This document shows, piece by piece, positions 1 through 8,498 of a stretch of 64,000 nt of DNA. The first letter of the stretch is position 1. The number at the start of each line of letters is the position of its first letter. The notes beneath the pieces were generated by a model. The model made no database searches. It was not told the DNA's origin and saw nothing but the letters and a program-made list of their open reading frames with translations. Location: the NCBI GenBank assembly GCA_028283505.1, contig JAPOFX010000005.1, positions 1,869 to 65,868 of the forward strand, written 5' to 3'. The position numbers and the translations under genes are program-made. This stretch comes from Candidatus Poseidoniales archaeon. GTDB taxonomy: Archaea; Thermoplasmatota; Poseidoniia; Poseidoniales; Thalassarchaeaceae.

Positions 1-443
1 TAGGAGATGACTTCTCCTACATCATCAGAATAGCAGATACAGACATAGACGGGCTCAGAAAGATTTCCGTTGGCTTGTGCTCTATCAAGGGAATAGGGAT
101 GAGAACAGCCGAGATGATATGCCGTCTTTCAGGTATCGATGGCAGTAAACTAGGAGGACATCTCAGTGATGAAGAACAAGAAAAACTCAGGGACTCAATA
201 GGGAGCTATGCAACCGAAATGCCATGGTGGCTGATGAACAGACAAAGAGATCTTGAGACCAATGAGGACGCACACATCGTTGCACTCGAGGTCAAGATGA
301 CTAGAGATGATGATATAGCCAGAATGGCTGGAATCAAGACTTACCGAGGAATGAGGCACAGAAGTGGACACAAGGTCAGAGGCCAGAGGCTTAGAAGTAA
401 TGGAAGAAAGGGCTCAGCTCTTGGAGTTCAGAGGAAGAAGTGA
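1..443 (+). CDS. rps13: 30S ribosomal protein S13 (5' end outside window)
   Basis: Frame is open from position 3 (GDDFSYIIRIADTDIDG...). Motifs IKGIG, YRGMRH..GHKVRGQR.RSNGR. First gene of the archaeal S13-S4-S11-RpoD cluster. Confidence 0.97.
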   Translation, partial: GDDFSYIIRIADTDIDGLRKISVGLCSIKGIGMRTAEMICRLSGIDGSKLGGHLSDEEQEKLRDSIGSYATEMPWWLMNRQRDLETNEDAHIVALEVKMTRDDDIARMAGIKTYRGMRHRSGHKVRGQRLRSNGRKGSALGVQRKK

Positions 444-452
444 GGTGATTAC

Positions 453-1136
453 ATGGGCGATCCTAAGTTTGCAAGACCGAAGACACAAACACCTACGCAT
501 CCGTGGAAACAGGCCAGAATCGAGGAGGAGCACGCCCTCAAGGCCAAGTATGGACTGAAGAAAGTTGGCGGGATGAGAGAAATTTGGAGAGAGAAATCTG
601 CTCTCAGAAGGCACAGAAACCAGGCGATGAAGCTAATTGGTAGAGTGGATACCTCAGAGGGCCACTTCGCCAGAGAGAAAACTGACTTGATTAACTCCCT
701 TACAAGGAGAGGGCTTCTTTCCGAAGGATCAAGCCTAGATAGCGTACTTCAGATAGATGTAGAGCTCATGCTTGCAAGGAGGCTCCAATCTCAAGTCTAT
801 TACAAGGGGCTGGCACCTTCGATGAGGGCAGCAAGAAACCTTATTGTTCACGGACACATATCAATTGGCAACCAGAAAATGACCGTCCCGGGCTATCACG
901 TGCTGAGAGATGAAGAGGAGCTTCTCAGATACACGTCAGGGTCCAAGTATGAGAACCCTGAACATCCGTTTAGACAAGACCTTGAGAGAATGAGGGCGAC
1001 TATCGATACTTCAGAGGAAGAAGCGGAAACAGTCGGTGGCCCGGTAAAGGTTGCAGATTCTTTCGTTGATGATATCAAAGCGGGTGAGGCCTCGGCCCCT
1101 ACAGTGGAAGATACAATACCGGAGAGTGATGATTAA
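453..1136 (+). CDS. rps4: 30S ribosomal protein S4 (archaeal type) with acidic C-terminal tail
   Basis: MGDPKF..P.HPW, YGLK, RRLQ..VY.KGLA, AR.LIVHGHI. GAGGTGA RBS. Synteny. Confidence 0.96.
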   Translation: MGDPKFARPKTQTPTHPWKQARIEEEHALKAKYGLKKVGGMREIWREKSALRRHRNQAMKLIGRVDTSEGHFAREKTDLINSLTRRGLLSEGSSLDSVLQIDVELMLARRLQSQVYYKGLAPSMRAARNLIVHGHISIGNQKMTVPGYHVLRDEEELLRYTSGSKYENPEHPFRQDLERMRATIDTSEEEAETVGGPVKVADSFVDDIKAGEASAPTVEDTIPESDD

Positions 1137-1516
1137 TGCCACACAAGGCTATTCTACATATTTTTACAACACACAACAACGTGTTGATGACGGCTACGGA
1201 TCTCACCGGATCTGAGACTATCTGCAAGGTTTCTGGCGGGATGGTGACAAAGGGTGGATCGGAAAAATCTAGTTCCTTCGCCTCAATGAGAGCTGCGGAG
1301 AGGATGGCTGAGATGCTTGTTGAGAAGGACTTCAATCAAGTGATTGTGAAGTATAGGGGAGCAGGTGGCAACAAGTCACATAGTGCTCCCGGCGCCACAT
1401 CTGCAATCAGGGCTCTAACTAGAGCTGGGATGCAGATAACCAGGATTGAAGATGTCACTCCCATACCCACTGATGGTACCAAGTCAAAGGGAGGTCGCCG
1501 AGGTAGGCGAGTCTGA
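1136..1516 (+). CDS. rps11: 30S ribosomal protein S11
   Basis: [25 protein letters not shown], terminal GGRRGRRV. Synteny. Confidence 0.96.
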   Translation: MPHKAILHIFTTHNNVLMTATDLTGSETICKVSGGMVTKGGSEKSSSFASMRAAERMAEMLVEKDFNQVIVKYRGAGGNKSHSAPGATSAIRALTRAGMQITRIEDVTPIPTDGTKSKGGRRGRRV

Positions 1517-1526
1517 GGTGTGAATT

Positions 1527-2414
1527 ATGGTTAAGGCAGAGATTCTCTACGAAGATGATGAAAAAATCAATATTCTATTGAAAGAAACAGACAGGGCATT
1601 TGTGAATTCTATCAGGAGGACTCTTATTTCAGATACTCCAAAGATGGCCATAGATACCGTAAAATTCGTCAAGAAGACTGAGGTTGAAGACGGTGAGGTA
1701 TGGGAAACAGATGGGCCTCTTCCAGATGAAGTGATTGCTCAAAGGCTCGCAATGATACCCATTCCAACCAACCATGGAAGTTTCCACTTCCAACATGAAT
1801 GTCCAGACTGTTCTGAGATGGTAGAAGAAGAGAGGGGGTGCATTCAATGCACTATGCTCTACTACTGCCAAGTGAAGGGATCAAGAGAGGGTGTTTGGGT
1901 TACGGCTGGAGACTTGAATTTCCTAGGAGATCCTGAGGGATTCATCCCTGAGAAGTATCGCCCAATACCGATAACTAAGCTATTCCAAGGCCAAATGATA
2001 GAGTTCTCAGCTACGGCTGTTATGGGCAGGGGAAGAGATCATGTCAAGTGGTCTCCTGTAAGTGGAGTTACATTCAATCCCAGACAGATAGGGGTCATCA
2101 AAATAAAGTCAAGAGCCAAAATCCTATGGGACCTGGGTTTAGTGATAAAGGCCAGTGACTTCGACAAGGATGGTAAATTAGGGGACTTCGATAAGGTAGA
2201 ACAACTTAGGAAGGACTTGAATCATGTGGGTTCTGGAACAGAAGAGTCCAGGGAGTTCAATGATGCTGTAGTTTTGGAAGATGTCCCCAATGAGTTCGTC
2301 CTGTCCTTCGAGACCGATGGATCAATGAGCCCGAAGGTAGCCTTTGAGATGGCTATTACTGAGCTTTCGCGAAGATTTAGTGGCATTGAGGATGACCTTA
2401 AGGCGGTTCTCTGA
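1527..2414 (+). CDS. rpoD: DNA-directed RNA polymerase subunit D (Rpo3)
   Basis: NSIRRTL, DEVIAQRLAMIP, CxxC..GCxxC insert, G.GRDH.KWSP, FETDGS. Follows rps11. Confidence 0.95.
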   Translation: MVKAEILYEDDEKINILLKETDRAFVNSIRRTLISDTPKMAIDTVKFVKKTEVEDGEVWETDGPLPDEVIAQRLAMIPIPTNHGSFHFQHECPDCSEMVEEERGCIQCTMLYYCQVKGSREGVWVTAGDLNFLGDPEGFIPEKYRPIPITKLFQGQMIEFSATAVMGRGRDHVKWSPVSGVTFNPRQIGVIKIKSRAKILWDLGLVIKASDFDKDGKLGDFDKVEQLRKDLNHVGSGTEESREFNDAVVLEDVPNEFVLSFETDGSMSPKVAFEMAITELSRRFSGIEDDLKAVL

Positions 2415-2452
2415 GCGGGATATATTATTTCCTTGAACAGCCGGGGAGTAAC

Positions 2453-3430
2453 GTGACTGATCTACTTGGTCGTGGATATAGCGGTGGCCACATCACTCTA
2501 ATATTCACTGTGGAAGACGAAGCTGATGAGCTGACCGAACAAGGTAGTCTGGGGGCGGGTATTTGCCTGGAAGATGGTGTTGAGGTGATTACCAGAGGAT
2601 GTGAAGGAGAAGGTGGGATCGTGGTTTCGTTCATTGGCAACGAGGGAGATTCTGGGATGTACATTCATGCATTGGAGATTATCGGGGGAATTCTTCCAGA
2701 GATTCTGGAATATGACTGGGAGGTTACAGTAAACCTCGGTCTACCAGCGGGACAGGGTTTTGGAATGTCAGCTGCAGGTTCAATTGCCTTCTGTGATTCC
2801 TTGCAACGGGCAGTCGGGATTCCATATGAGGAGAGCAAGAGACGCTCGTTGTTGGTTGCCCATCTAGTTGACAGAGAGAGATCAAGTGGCCTTGGAGATG
2901 TGACTGCGTTGGCATCGGGCGGAGTGGTGATTAGAAAGTCTCCTGGATCACCATACAGCGGACATCTATTGGAAAGAGGACCTGGAGAATCTCTTGGTTG
3001 GAGCTCTGATTCAGATATTATACTTGCATGGAATGATAAGTATAGCAAACACACCTCTACATACATAGAGGATTCAAAATGGAAAACCGCAATTACAAGA
3101 TCCGGGAATGAAAATCTAAGGGGCCTCTTAGAGGGGGGCTGGGATAAGTCGAGGTGGCATGATTTGGTGACAAGCTCAGAGGCATTCTCATTGGGTAGCG
3201 GACTTTCTGGAGAATCTGCCAGAGCTGATGTTCTGAATATTTGTAAATCTTCAATTCTAGAAGTCGGAATGGAGGAGGAGATTCGCCCGCTCCTTTGTAT
3301 GCTAGGTACTAGCGTTGCCATAGTTCCCAGAGATATAAATTACAATTTAGATAATCCCGAGAGAATTATTCAAAAATTAAATGAAAATGGATTGACAGCT
3401 GTCGTGTCGAGAATAGGGCAAATTCTATGA
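2453..3430 (+). CDS. pok: Pantoate kinase (GHMP family)
   Basis: GHIT.IF, GS.GAG, LP.GQGFGMSAAG, SGLGDV. Partner phosphopantothenate synthetase at 41579. Confidence 0.85.
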   Translation: MTDLLGRGYSGGHITLIFTVEDEADELTEQGSLGAGICLEDGVEVITRGCEGEGGIVVSFIGNEGDSGMYIHALEIIGGILPEILEYDWEVTVNLGLPAGQGFGMSAAGSIAFCDSLQRAVGIPYEESKRRSLLVAHLVDRERSSGLGDVTALASGGVVIRKSPGSPYSGHLLERGPGESLGWSSDSDIILAWNDKYSKHTSTYIEDSKWKTAITRSGNENLRGLLEGGWDKSRWHDLVTSSEAFSLGSGLSGESARADVLNICKSSILEVGMEEEIRPLLCMLGTSVAIVPRDINYNLDNPERIIQKLNENGLTAVVSRIGQIL

Positions 3431-4498
3431 TTTGGACTCTTCGTGAAATTTATCCAGAAGAGTGAGATCTAGTGGACTCGCGTCTAGCTGTTCAGCACCA
3501 TCAATCCTCAACCCCGAACAGAAGCCATGCCTGTAAACTATAGCGCCATGCCCGTATTCAGCAACGTATCTATCAACTTGTTTCTGGGTTTTCTTCCTCG
3601 GAAACTTCAAATCTGCTCCGAAGAAGTGCTTTGCATCTATCCAAGCACATGGAACTCCGTTAATCCTGACATCGTCAATCATCAGTAGATCTGGAGTTAT
3701 AACTGCCCTTCCCTCTGCTTTCTTTTGTTCGGCCATTAGTTGATCCTGAGTCCTGTATCTGACCCCTATGGAGTCAAAAAACATGTACAATACGTCCTCA
3801 AAAACCATAGAAGCCTTGTGGGTTTCATCCTGATTCACTGAGCTTACTCTGTCCATCGACTCAGCAAGTTCAAATTGCTCTCTATCCCTAGATTTCATCC
3901 TTGACGGTTGCTTAAGTGATTCCTTGATCCTGTTCTTTGACCACCCCCTGCCAGTCAGGATCGCTCTGAATGTGTTCACTGGAGGAGCGTCAAATCTCTT
4001 CGAAAGGGAAATTACATCCTCCCCAGAGTTATACCTACGGCTCAATTCATTGGATCTTCGCATGAGTTTGTGATGGGAATAAACGCTCTTCTCCTGATTC
4101 AATGCATTCCTGAGAGAGAGGGCCTGCTCGAGAGATATTGGGAGTCCTTCTAGTTCAGAGGCAATCTCATCCACCCTTTCTTGGGGGAGAAATCCAAATT
4201 CCCCTCTCCTGCTAACTATCTCGCCAGTCTTATTCTGAACATCTCTGGATACGGCATTCAATTTCCATTTCACATCAATTTTTCTTGGCGGGGGGTCTAT
4301 TTCTCTCGGGAATCCCATTGGAGGAGGTTCTACATTGAATCTTCCTAATGCTCTCTTGATAGATTCTGAATCCATGTCTTGACCTCTTTTTTTAGAGGAT
4401 TTTTCATCATCAGAATGGCGTCTATCTCTTCGACGACCTCTTCGTCCCTTGGCTCTTTTCTCTTCGCTCAACAGCACTGCGAGGGTAGTGAACTCCAT
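3425..4498 (-). CDS. TPD-domain protein (C15orf41/CDIN1-like predicted PD-(D/E)xK nuclease)
   Basis: FEDVL..F, ITPDLL, WIDAKHFFG, QVDRY...YG.GAIVY..GF. ATG at 4498 has a GGTGG RBS (ORF track extends to 4522). Confidence 0.75.
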   Translation of the reverse strand: MEFTTLAVLLSEEKRAKGRRGRRRDRRHSDDEKSSKKRGQDMDSESIKRALGRFNVEPPPMGFPREIDPPPRKIDVKWKLNAVSRDVQNKTGEIVSRRGEFGFLPQERVDEIASELEGLPISLEQALSLRNALNQEKSVYSHHKLMRRSNELSRRYNSGEDVISLSKRFDAPPVNTFRAILTGRGWSKNRIKESLKQPSRMKSRDREQFELAESMDRVSSVNQDETHKASMVFEDVLYMFFDSIGVRYRTQDQLMAEQKKAEGRAVITPDLLMIDDVRINGVPCAWIDAKHFFGADLKFPRKKTQKQVDRYVAEYGHGAIVYRHGFCSGLRIDGAEQLDASPLDLTLLDKFHEESKS

Positions 4499-4621
4499 GA
4501 ACCCACCGAGTAAAAATGGCAATTATATGTGATAAGCCAAAGTCTGAAGACCGTCTTGAAAGGATGGATGGTTGCCATCTGGAATGAGGAAGTATTGATT
4601 GAAAATATCCCCTTACTGATA

Positions 4622-7480
4622 TCAGAGAAATGCGATTCCGGGTTCCAATGGGAAAGACACTCTGGCCTTCCCAGCCACGTCCTCTCCCTCACCAACCCTG
4701 TAGGATTCCACATTTTCTATACCCAGAGAGTTTGCAATGAAGGACGAGTTCATGTTTATCATGGAAGATTCATCGAAACCATTTCTCAGTAATGTCTTTT
4801 GTCCGTAGGACCAGGTGTTTATCCTACCTCTTTTTTTCTTTGTACCCGAGGTCATTGACATCCAGGTCTGGAAGATTTCGCCTCTCAATGATTCATTGCT
4901 GAAAATTGGTAGATTTTTTAGATAATCCTGTCCCTTCGCTCTGAAGTCAAAATCTGAGAGTGACATCTCGATGGCATCGGAAGCTAACTCTGATTTCCAT
5001 AGAGGTGATGTTTGTATGACCATCTTTGTTAGGGGCTTCTCAGAGTGCTTTTGTGCAAGAATCTTGATGTTCCTTGCGGAGTCAATCAATTCTCGTAAGT
5101 ATTCCTCCATCGCCAATGTATGTGACCAATCCTTGGAAGAAAGATCGGAGAGATCTGAGAGAGTTTTTGAGGCCAAGAGACCGTCTCGACCTAAAGAATC
5201 CCAAAATTCCTCCGCCAAATGAGGTGTTGCTGGTGCCAACATCTCAGCCCAATTAGACATGTAGCGTTGAATTGTTGTTTTATTTGAACCCCCTCTTCTG
5301 CGATACCACTGCCAGTCAGAGAGCATTTCGAAGTGGCTAATCATAACACCTTCTCGGAGACTGACATTGTTCATCGCTTCAACCCATCTTGTCCGACTCT
5401 CAGATAGACGTCCCAGTAACCAATCGTCCATTCCACTTTGGTTAGATTCAATGCTTGGTGCGTTTCTGAAGGCCTCAACTATCTGATTCAGTTGGCGATT
5501 ATTTGCTTCCAAGGCACTATCAGACCAATCCATCCCCGCTTCTGGATTAGCTCCAAACAGAATGAAAAGGCGCACGGTATCGGCTCCAAACTTCTCGACC
5601 ATTTCACCCGGGCTAATTGTATTGCCGAGAGATTTGCTCATTTTTACCGATCGAGTGCTGAGTTTATTCCCACAGCTTGGGCAGTTTCCCCCGAAATTAT
5701 CTACATGATATTCCGAATTGCAATCAACACAAAATGGCGCTGGGGCGTTTAGCATACCCTGACAAACTAAACGCCCAAAAGGCTCGCCAACCAGATTCAT
5801 TCCTAAATCTCGCGTTGCCTTAGTGAAAAATCGAGCATAGAGAAGGTGCATCACAGCGTGCTCGATTCCTCCAATGTACAAGTCTACTCCTCCCTCTAAC
5901 CAATAGTTCACCTTTTCTGATTCAAATGGCTTAGTTGAATTATCTGAATCAGCGAATCTCATGAAATACCAAGAGGAATCATAGAAAGTATCCATAGTGT
6001 CTGTCTCGCGTTTCGCTTCTCGGCCACAATCTGGGCATGTGGTCCGAAGAAACTCATTGTTTGAGGCTAGAGGATTTCCACTGTCCTCCCAGCTGAATTT
6101 GACATTCAAAGGGAGCTCTACCGGTAGATCCTCAGATCTAACGGGCACAACTCCGCATTCTTCACAGTGAACCATTGGTATTGGGGTCCCCCAGAACCTT
6201 TGTCGGCTCAGAAGCCAGTCTCTGAGCCTGTATTGAACTGTTCCATGGCCAGAGCCCTCCTCCTCCAGAGTCGAAATTACTGCTTTCTTGGCCTCGTCAC
6301 CAAACAGACCATCGAAGGATTCTCTATCTGAGTTTACCATCCAACCCAGACCGTCAAACACGGGATTCTCTTCCTCTGCCTCCAGCTCCCTTTTCCTCGC
6401 AAGTACTGGCCTAACTGGGATTCCATACTTCTTGGCGAAGTCATAGTCCCTCTGGTCATGACCAGGTACTCCCATTACTGCGCCAGTACCGTAACTTGCA
6501 ACGACGAAATTACCAGCATAAATCGGAACCTCATCTCCACTGAGTGGGTTGATTGCATTCTTTCCAAGAGGAACTCCTTTCTTCTCCTTGAGCATGTTAA
6601 TTCTTTCGAATTCGGTCATTCTGGAGCACTCGTCCCTGAGTGCAAGGAATTCTTCTTCGTACTCTGTACCAGATACTAGTTTTAGACATAGGGGATGCTC
6701 TGGAGATAGAGTGACAAAGGTCACTCCAAAAATAGTATCGGGTCGAGTTGTGAAAGCTCCAATTGTCAACTCGGTTTCAGCTACTTTGAAGTTGATATGG
6801 GCGCCCTGAGAGCGACCAATCCAATTCCTCTGCATTGTTTTCACGTTTTCTGGGAACTGTATTTCATCGAGCTCGTCTAATAGCTCATCAGCATAGGTGG
6901 TCATCTTGAGGAACCATTGAGCCATATCTTTCTGCACTACCTCGAGTCCGCATCTCCAACATCGGTTGTTCTTCACCTGCTCATTTGCCAAGACCGTGTC
7001 GCAATCGTTGCACCAATTAACCGGGGCGAATCTCCTCTCAACAAGTCCTGCCTCATAGAATTTCAAGAATATCTCTTGATTCCATCGATAATAATCAGGG
7101 GTTGAGGTTGCAAATATTCTTGTCCAATCATATGAATATCCCATTCTCATTTGATCTTCTCTGATCATGGCGATGTTTCTCTCAGTGACAGTGTGTGGAT
7201 GGGCGGATTCCTTCTTTGCGGCATTTTCTGCAGGCATTCCAAATGAGTCGTAACCCATTGGATACAAGACGTTCTTTCCCATCATTCTCTGAAATCTAGC
7301 CATGGCGTCGCCTATCGAGTAGTTTCTAACATGCCCCATATGCATATTCCCAGAGGGGTATGGGAACATTTCAAGGCAGTAGAACTTGGGTTTGGAGGTA
7401 TCTGCTTCGACCTCGAAAACTCTCTCATCTTCCCACACACGTTGCCATTTGTTCTCGATTTCATGGGCATTGTACGACAT
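4622..7480 (-). CDS. leuS: Leucine--tRNA ligase
   Basis: MFPYPSG.HMGH, FTTRPDT and GTGAVMGVPGHDQRD editing motifs, SRQRFWGTPIP, GG.EHA, KMSKS. GAGGTGA RBS before ATG 7480. Confidence 0.97.
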   Translation of the reverse strand: MSYNAHEIENKWQRVWEDERVFEVEADTSKPKFYCLEMFPYPSGNMHMGHVRNYSIGDAMARFQRMMGKNVLYPMGYDSFGMPAENAAKKESAHPHTVTERNIAMIREDQMRMGYSYDWTRIFATSTPDYYRWNQEIFLKFYEAGLVERRFAPVNWCNDCDTVLANEQVKNNRCWRCGLEVVQKDMAQWFLKMTTYADELLDELDEIQFPENVKTMQRNWIGRSQGAHINFKVAETELTIGAFTTRPDTIFGVTFVTLSPEHPLCLKLVSGTEYEEEFLALRDECSRMTEFERINMLKEKKGVPLGKNAINPLSGDEVPIYAGNFVVASYGTGAVMGVPGHDQRDYDFAKKYGIPVRPVLARKRELEAEEENPVFDGLGWMVNSDRESFDGLFGDEAKKAVISTLEEEGSGHGTVQYRLRDWLLSRQRFWGTPIPMVHCEECGVVPVRSEDLPVELPLNVKFSWEDSGNPLASNNEFLRTTCPDCGREAKRETDTMDTFYDSSWYFMRFADSDNSTKPFESEKVNYWLEGGVDLYIGGIEHAVMHLLYARFFTKATRDLGMNLVGEPFGRLVCQGMLNAPAPFCVDCNSEYHVDNFGGNCPSCGNKLSTRSVKMSKSLGNTISPGEMVEKFGADTVRLFILFGANPEAGMDWSDSALEANNRQLNQIVEAFRNAPSIESNQSGMDDWLLGRLSESRTRWVEAMNNVSLREGVMISHFEMLSDWQWYRRRGGSNKTTIQRYMSNWAEMLAPATPHLAEEFWDSLGRDGLLASKTLSDLSDLSSKDWSHTLAMEEYLRELIDSARNIKILAQKHSEKPLTKMVIQTSPLWKSELASDAIEMSLSDFDFRAKGQDYLKNLPIFSNESLRGEIFQTWMSMTSGTKKKRGRINTWSYGQKTLLRNGFDESSMINMNSSFIANSLGIENVESYRVGEGEDVAGKARVSFPLEPGIAFL

Positions 7481-7620
7481 CTTTCTCACCTCAAATCCCA
7501 GAAGAACTAGGCTACTTGTTTAGGCACCAGCATTTCTGGTCGTCTCTCTCGTGAGAGCCCCATTGGGGATATTCTTGCCATACGCCTCCTAGAGGACGGG
7601 CGATTTTGAACCCTGCCCCC

Positions 7621-8379
7621 ATGGACACTTCCACCATAGCTATTGGATATGACTGGTTGCGGAAGGATATGCTGGAAGAGGGCGAGTTCGACAAGACTGT
7701 ATCGGAGAATGGGATTGAAGTCTGGGTCACTCAAATGGGGGACTATATGAATATGAATACTGCATTTATAGACAGAGAAAATGAGGTAGTTGCCATTATC
7801 GACCCTTTCGATTCCTTGAGATGGGTCGAGGAGCTCGAACGTGAGGGTCTAACTCCAACTCACCTCCTGTATACCCACACTCACAGAGATCATGTTGTCG
7901 GCTACTCTTCAATGATCGAGCTGAATCCTGAAGTGGAGGTTTGGGGACATGAAGACGCAAGAGTCCCCGAGCTCGTTAACCATGTTGTCTTCGAAAGGGT
8001 TGACTTCACTAGGACTTGGAAAAATTCACCTAATTCTTCTGTTGAATGGGGTGTTGGATCAATTTCACTGATTGTTACACATTCTCCAGGACATGCCCCT
8101 GGGCATGTTACTATCCACGGACATGGAGTCTATCACGCTGGTGATCTTTTATTCACCAATGGCATGGGAAGGGTGGATTTACCCGGTAGCAATCCTAGGG
8201 ACCAGTGGAGTAGTATTCGCCATGCAAGGAGAATTCTCGAAAGTCTGCCAAAGGACTGGAGGCTGATACCGGGTCACAGGTACAATTGGATTGATGGGAC
8301 TACACCTGATTGGGTGAGTGTGGGAGATGCTTTGTCGTACAACTATGCTCTGAATGACCCATCATTGGACAGATTGTAG
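7621..8379 (+). CDS. Metallo-beta-lactamase fold hydrolase (glyoxalase II-like)
   Basis: THTHRDHV, HSPGHAPGH, GDLLF..G.GRVDLPG, PGH. Exact start uncertain. Confidence 0.9.
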   Translation: MDTSTIAIGYDWLRKDMLEEGEFDKTVSENGIEVWVTQMGDYMNMNTAFIDRENEVVAIIDPFDSLRWVEELEREGLTPTHLLYTHTHRDHVVGYSSMIELNPEVEVWGHEDARVPELVNHVVFERVDFTRTWKNSPNSSVEWGVGSISLIVTHSPGHAPGHVTIHGHGVYHAGDLLFTNGMGRVDLPGSNPRDQWSSIRHARRILESLPKDWRLIPGHRYNWIDGTTPDWVSVGDALSYNYALNDPSLDRL

Positions 8380-8498
8380 CATAAAATTTCCTTACTTTCT
8401 CCTGAGTCTGGAGATTACAGATCCTAATGTGGCTAAAATTATCTTGTTTCTCCAAATCCATGTAGCTAATTTTACAGCTCTTCTGAATCTACCCATCA

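Noticed and set aside
985-1136. Acidic C-terminal extension of S4 and divergent S11 motifs
   Set aside because: Acidic tails on ribosomal proteins are common in euryarchaea. Nothing points to a separate function.
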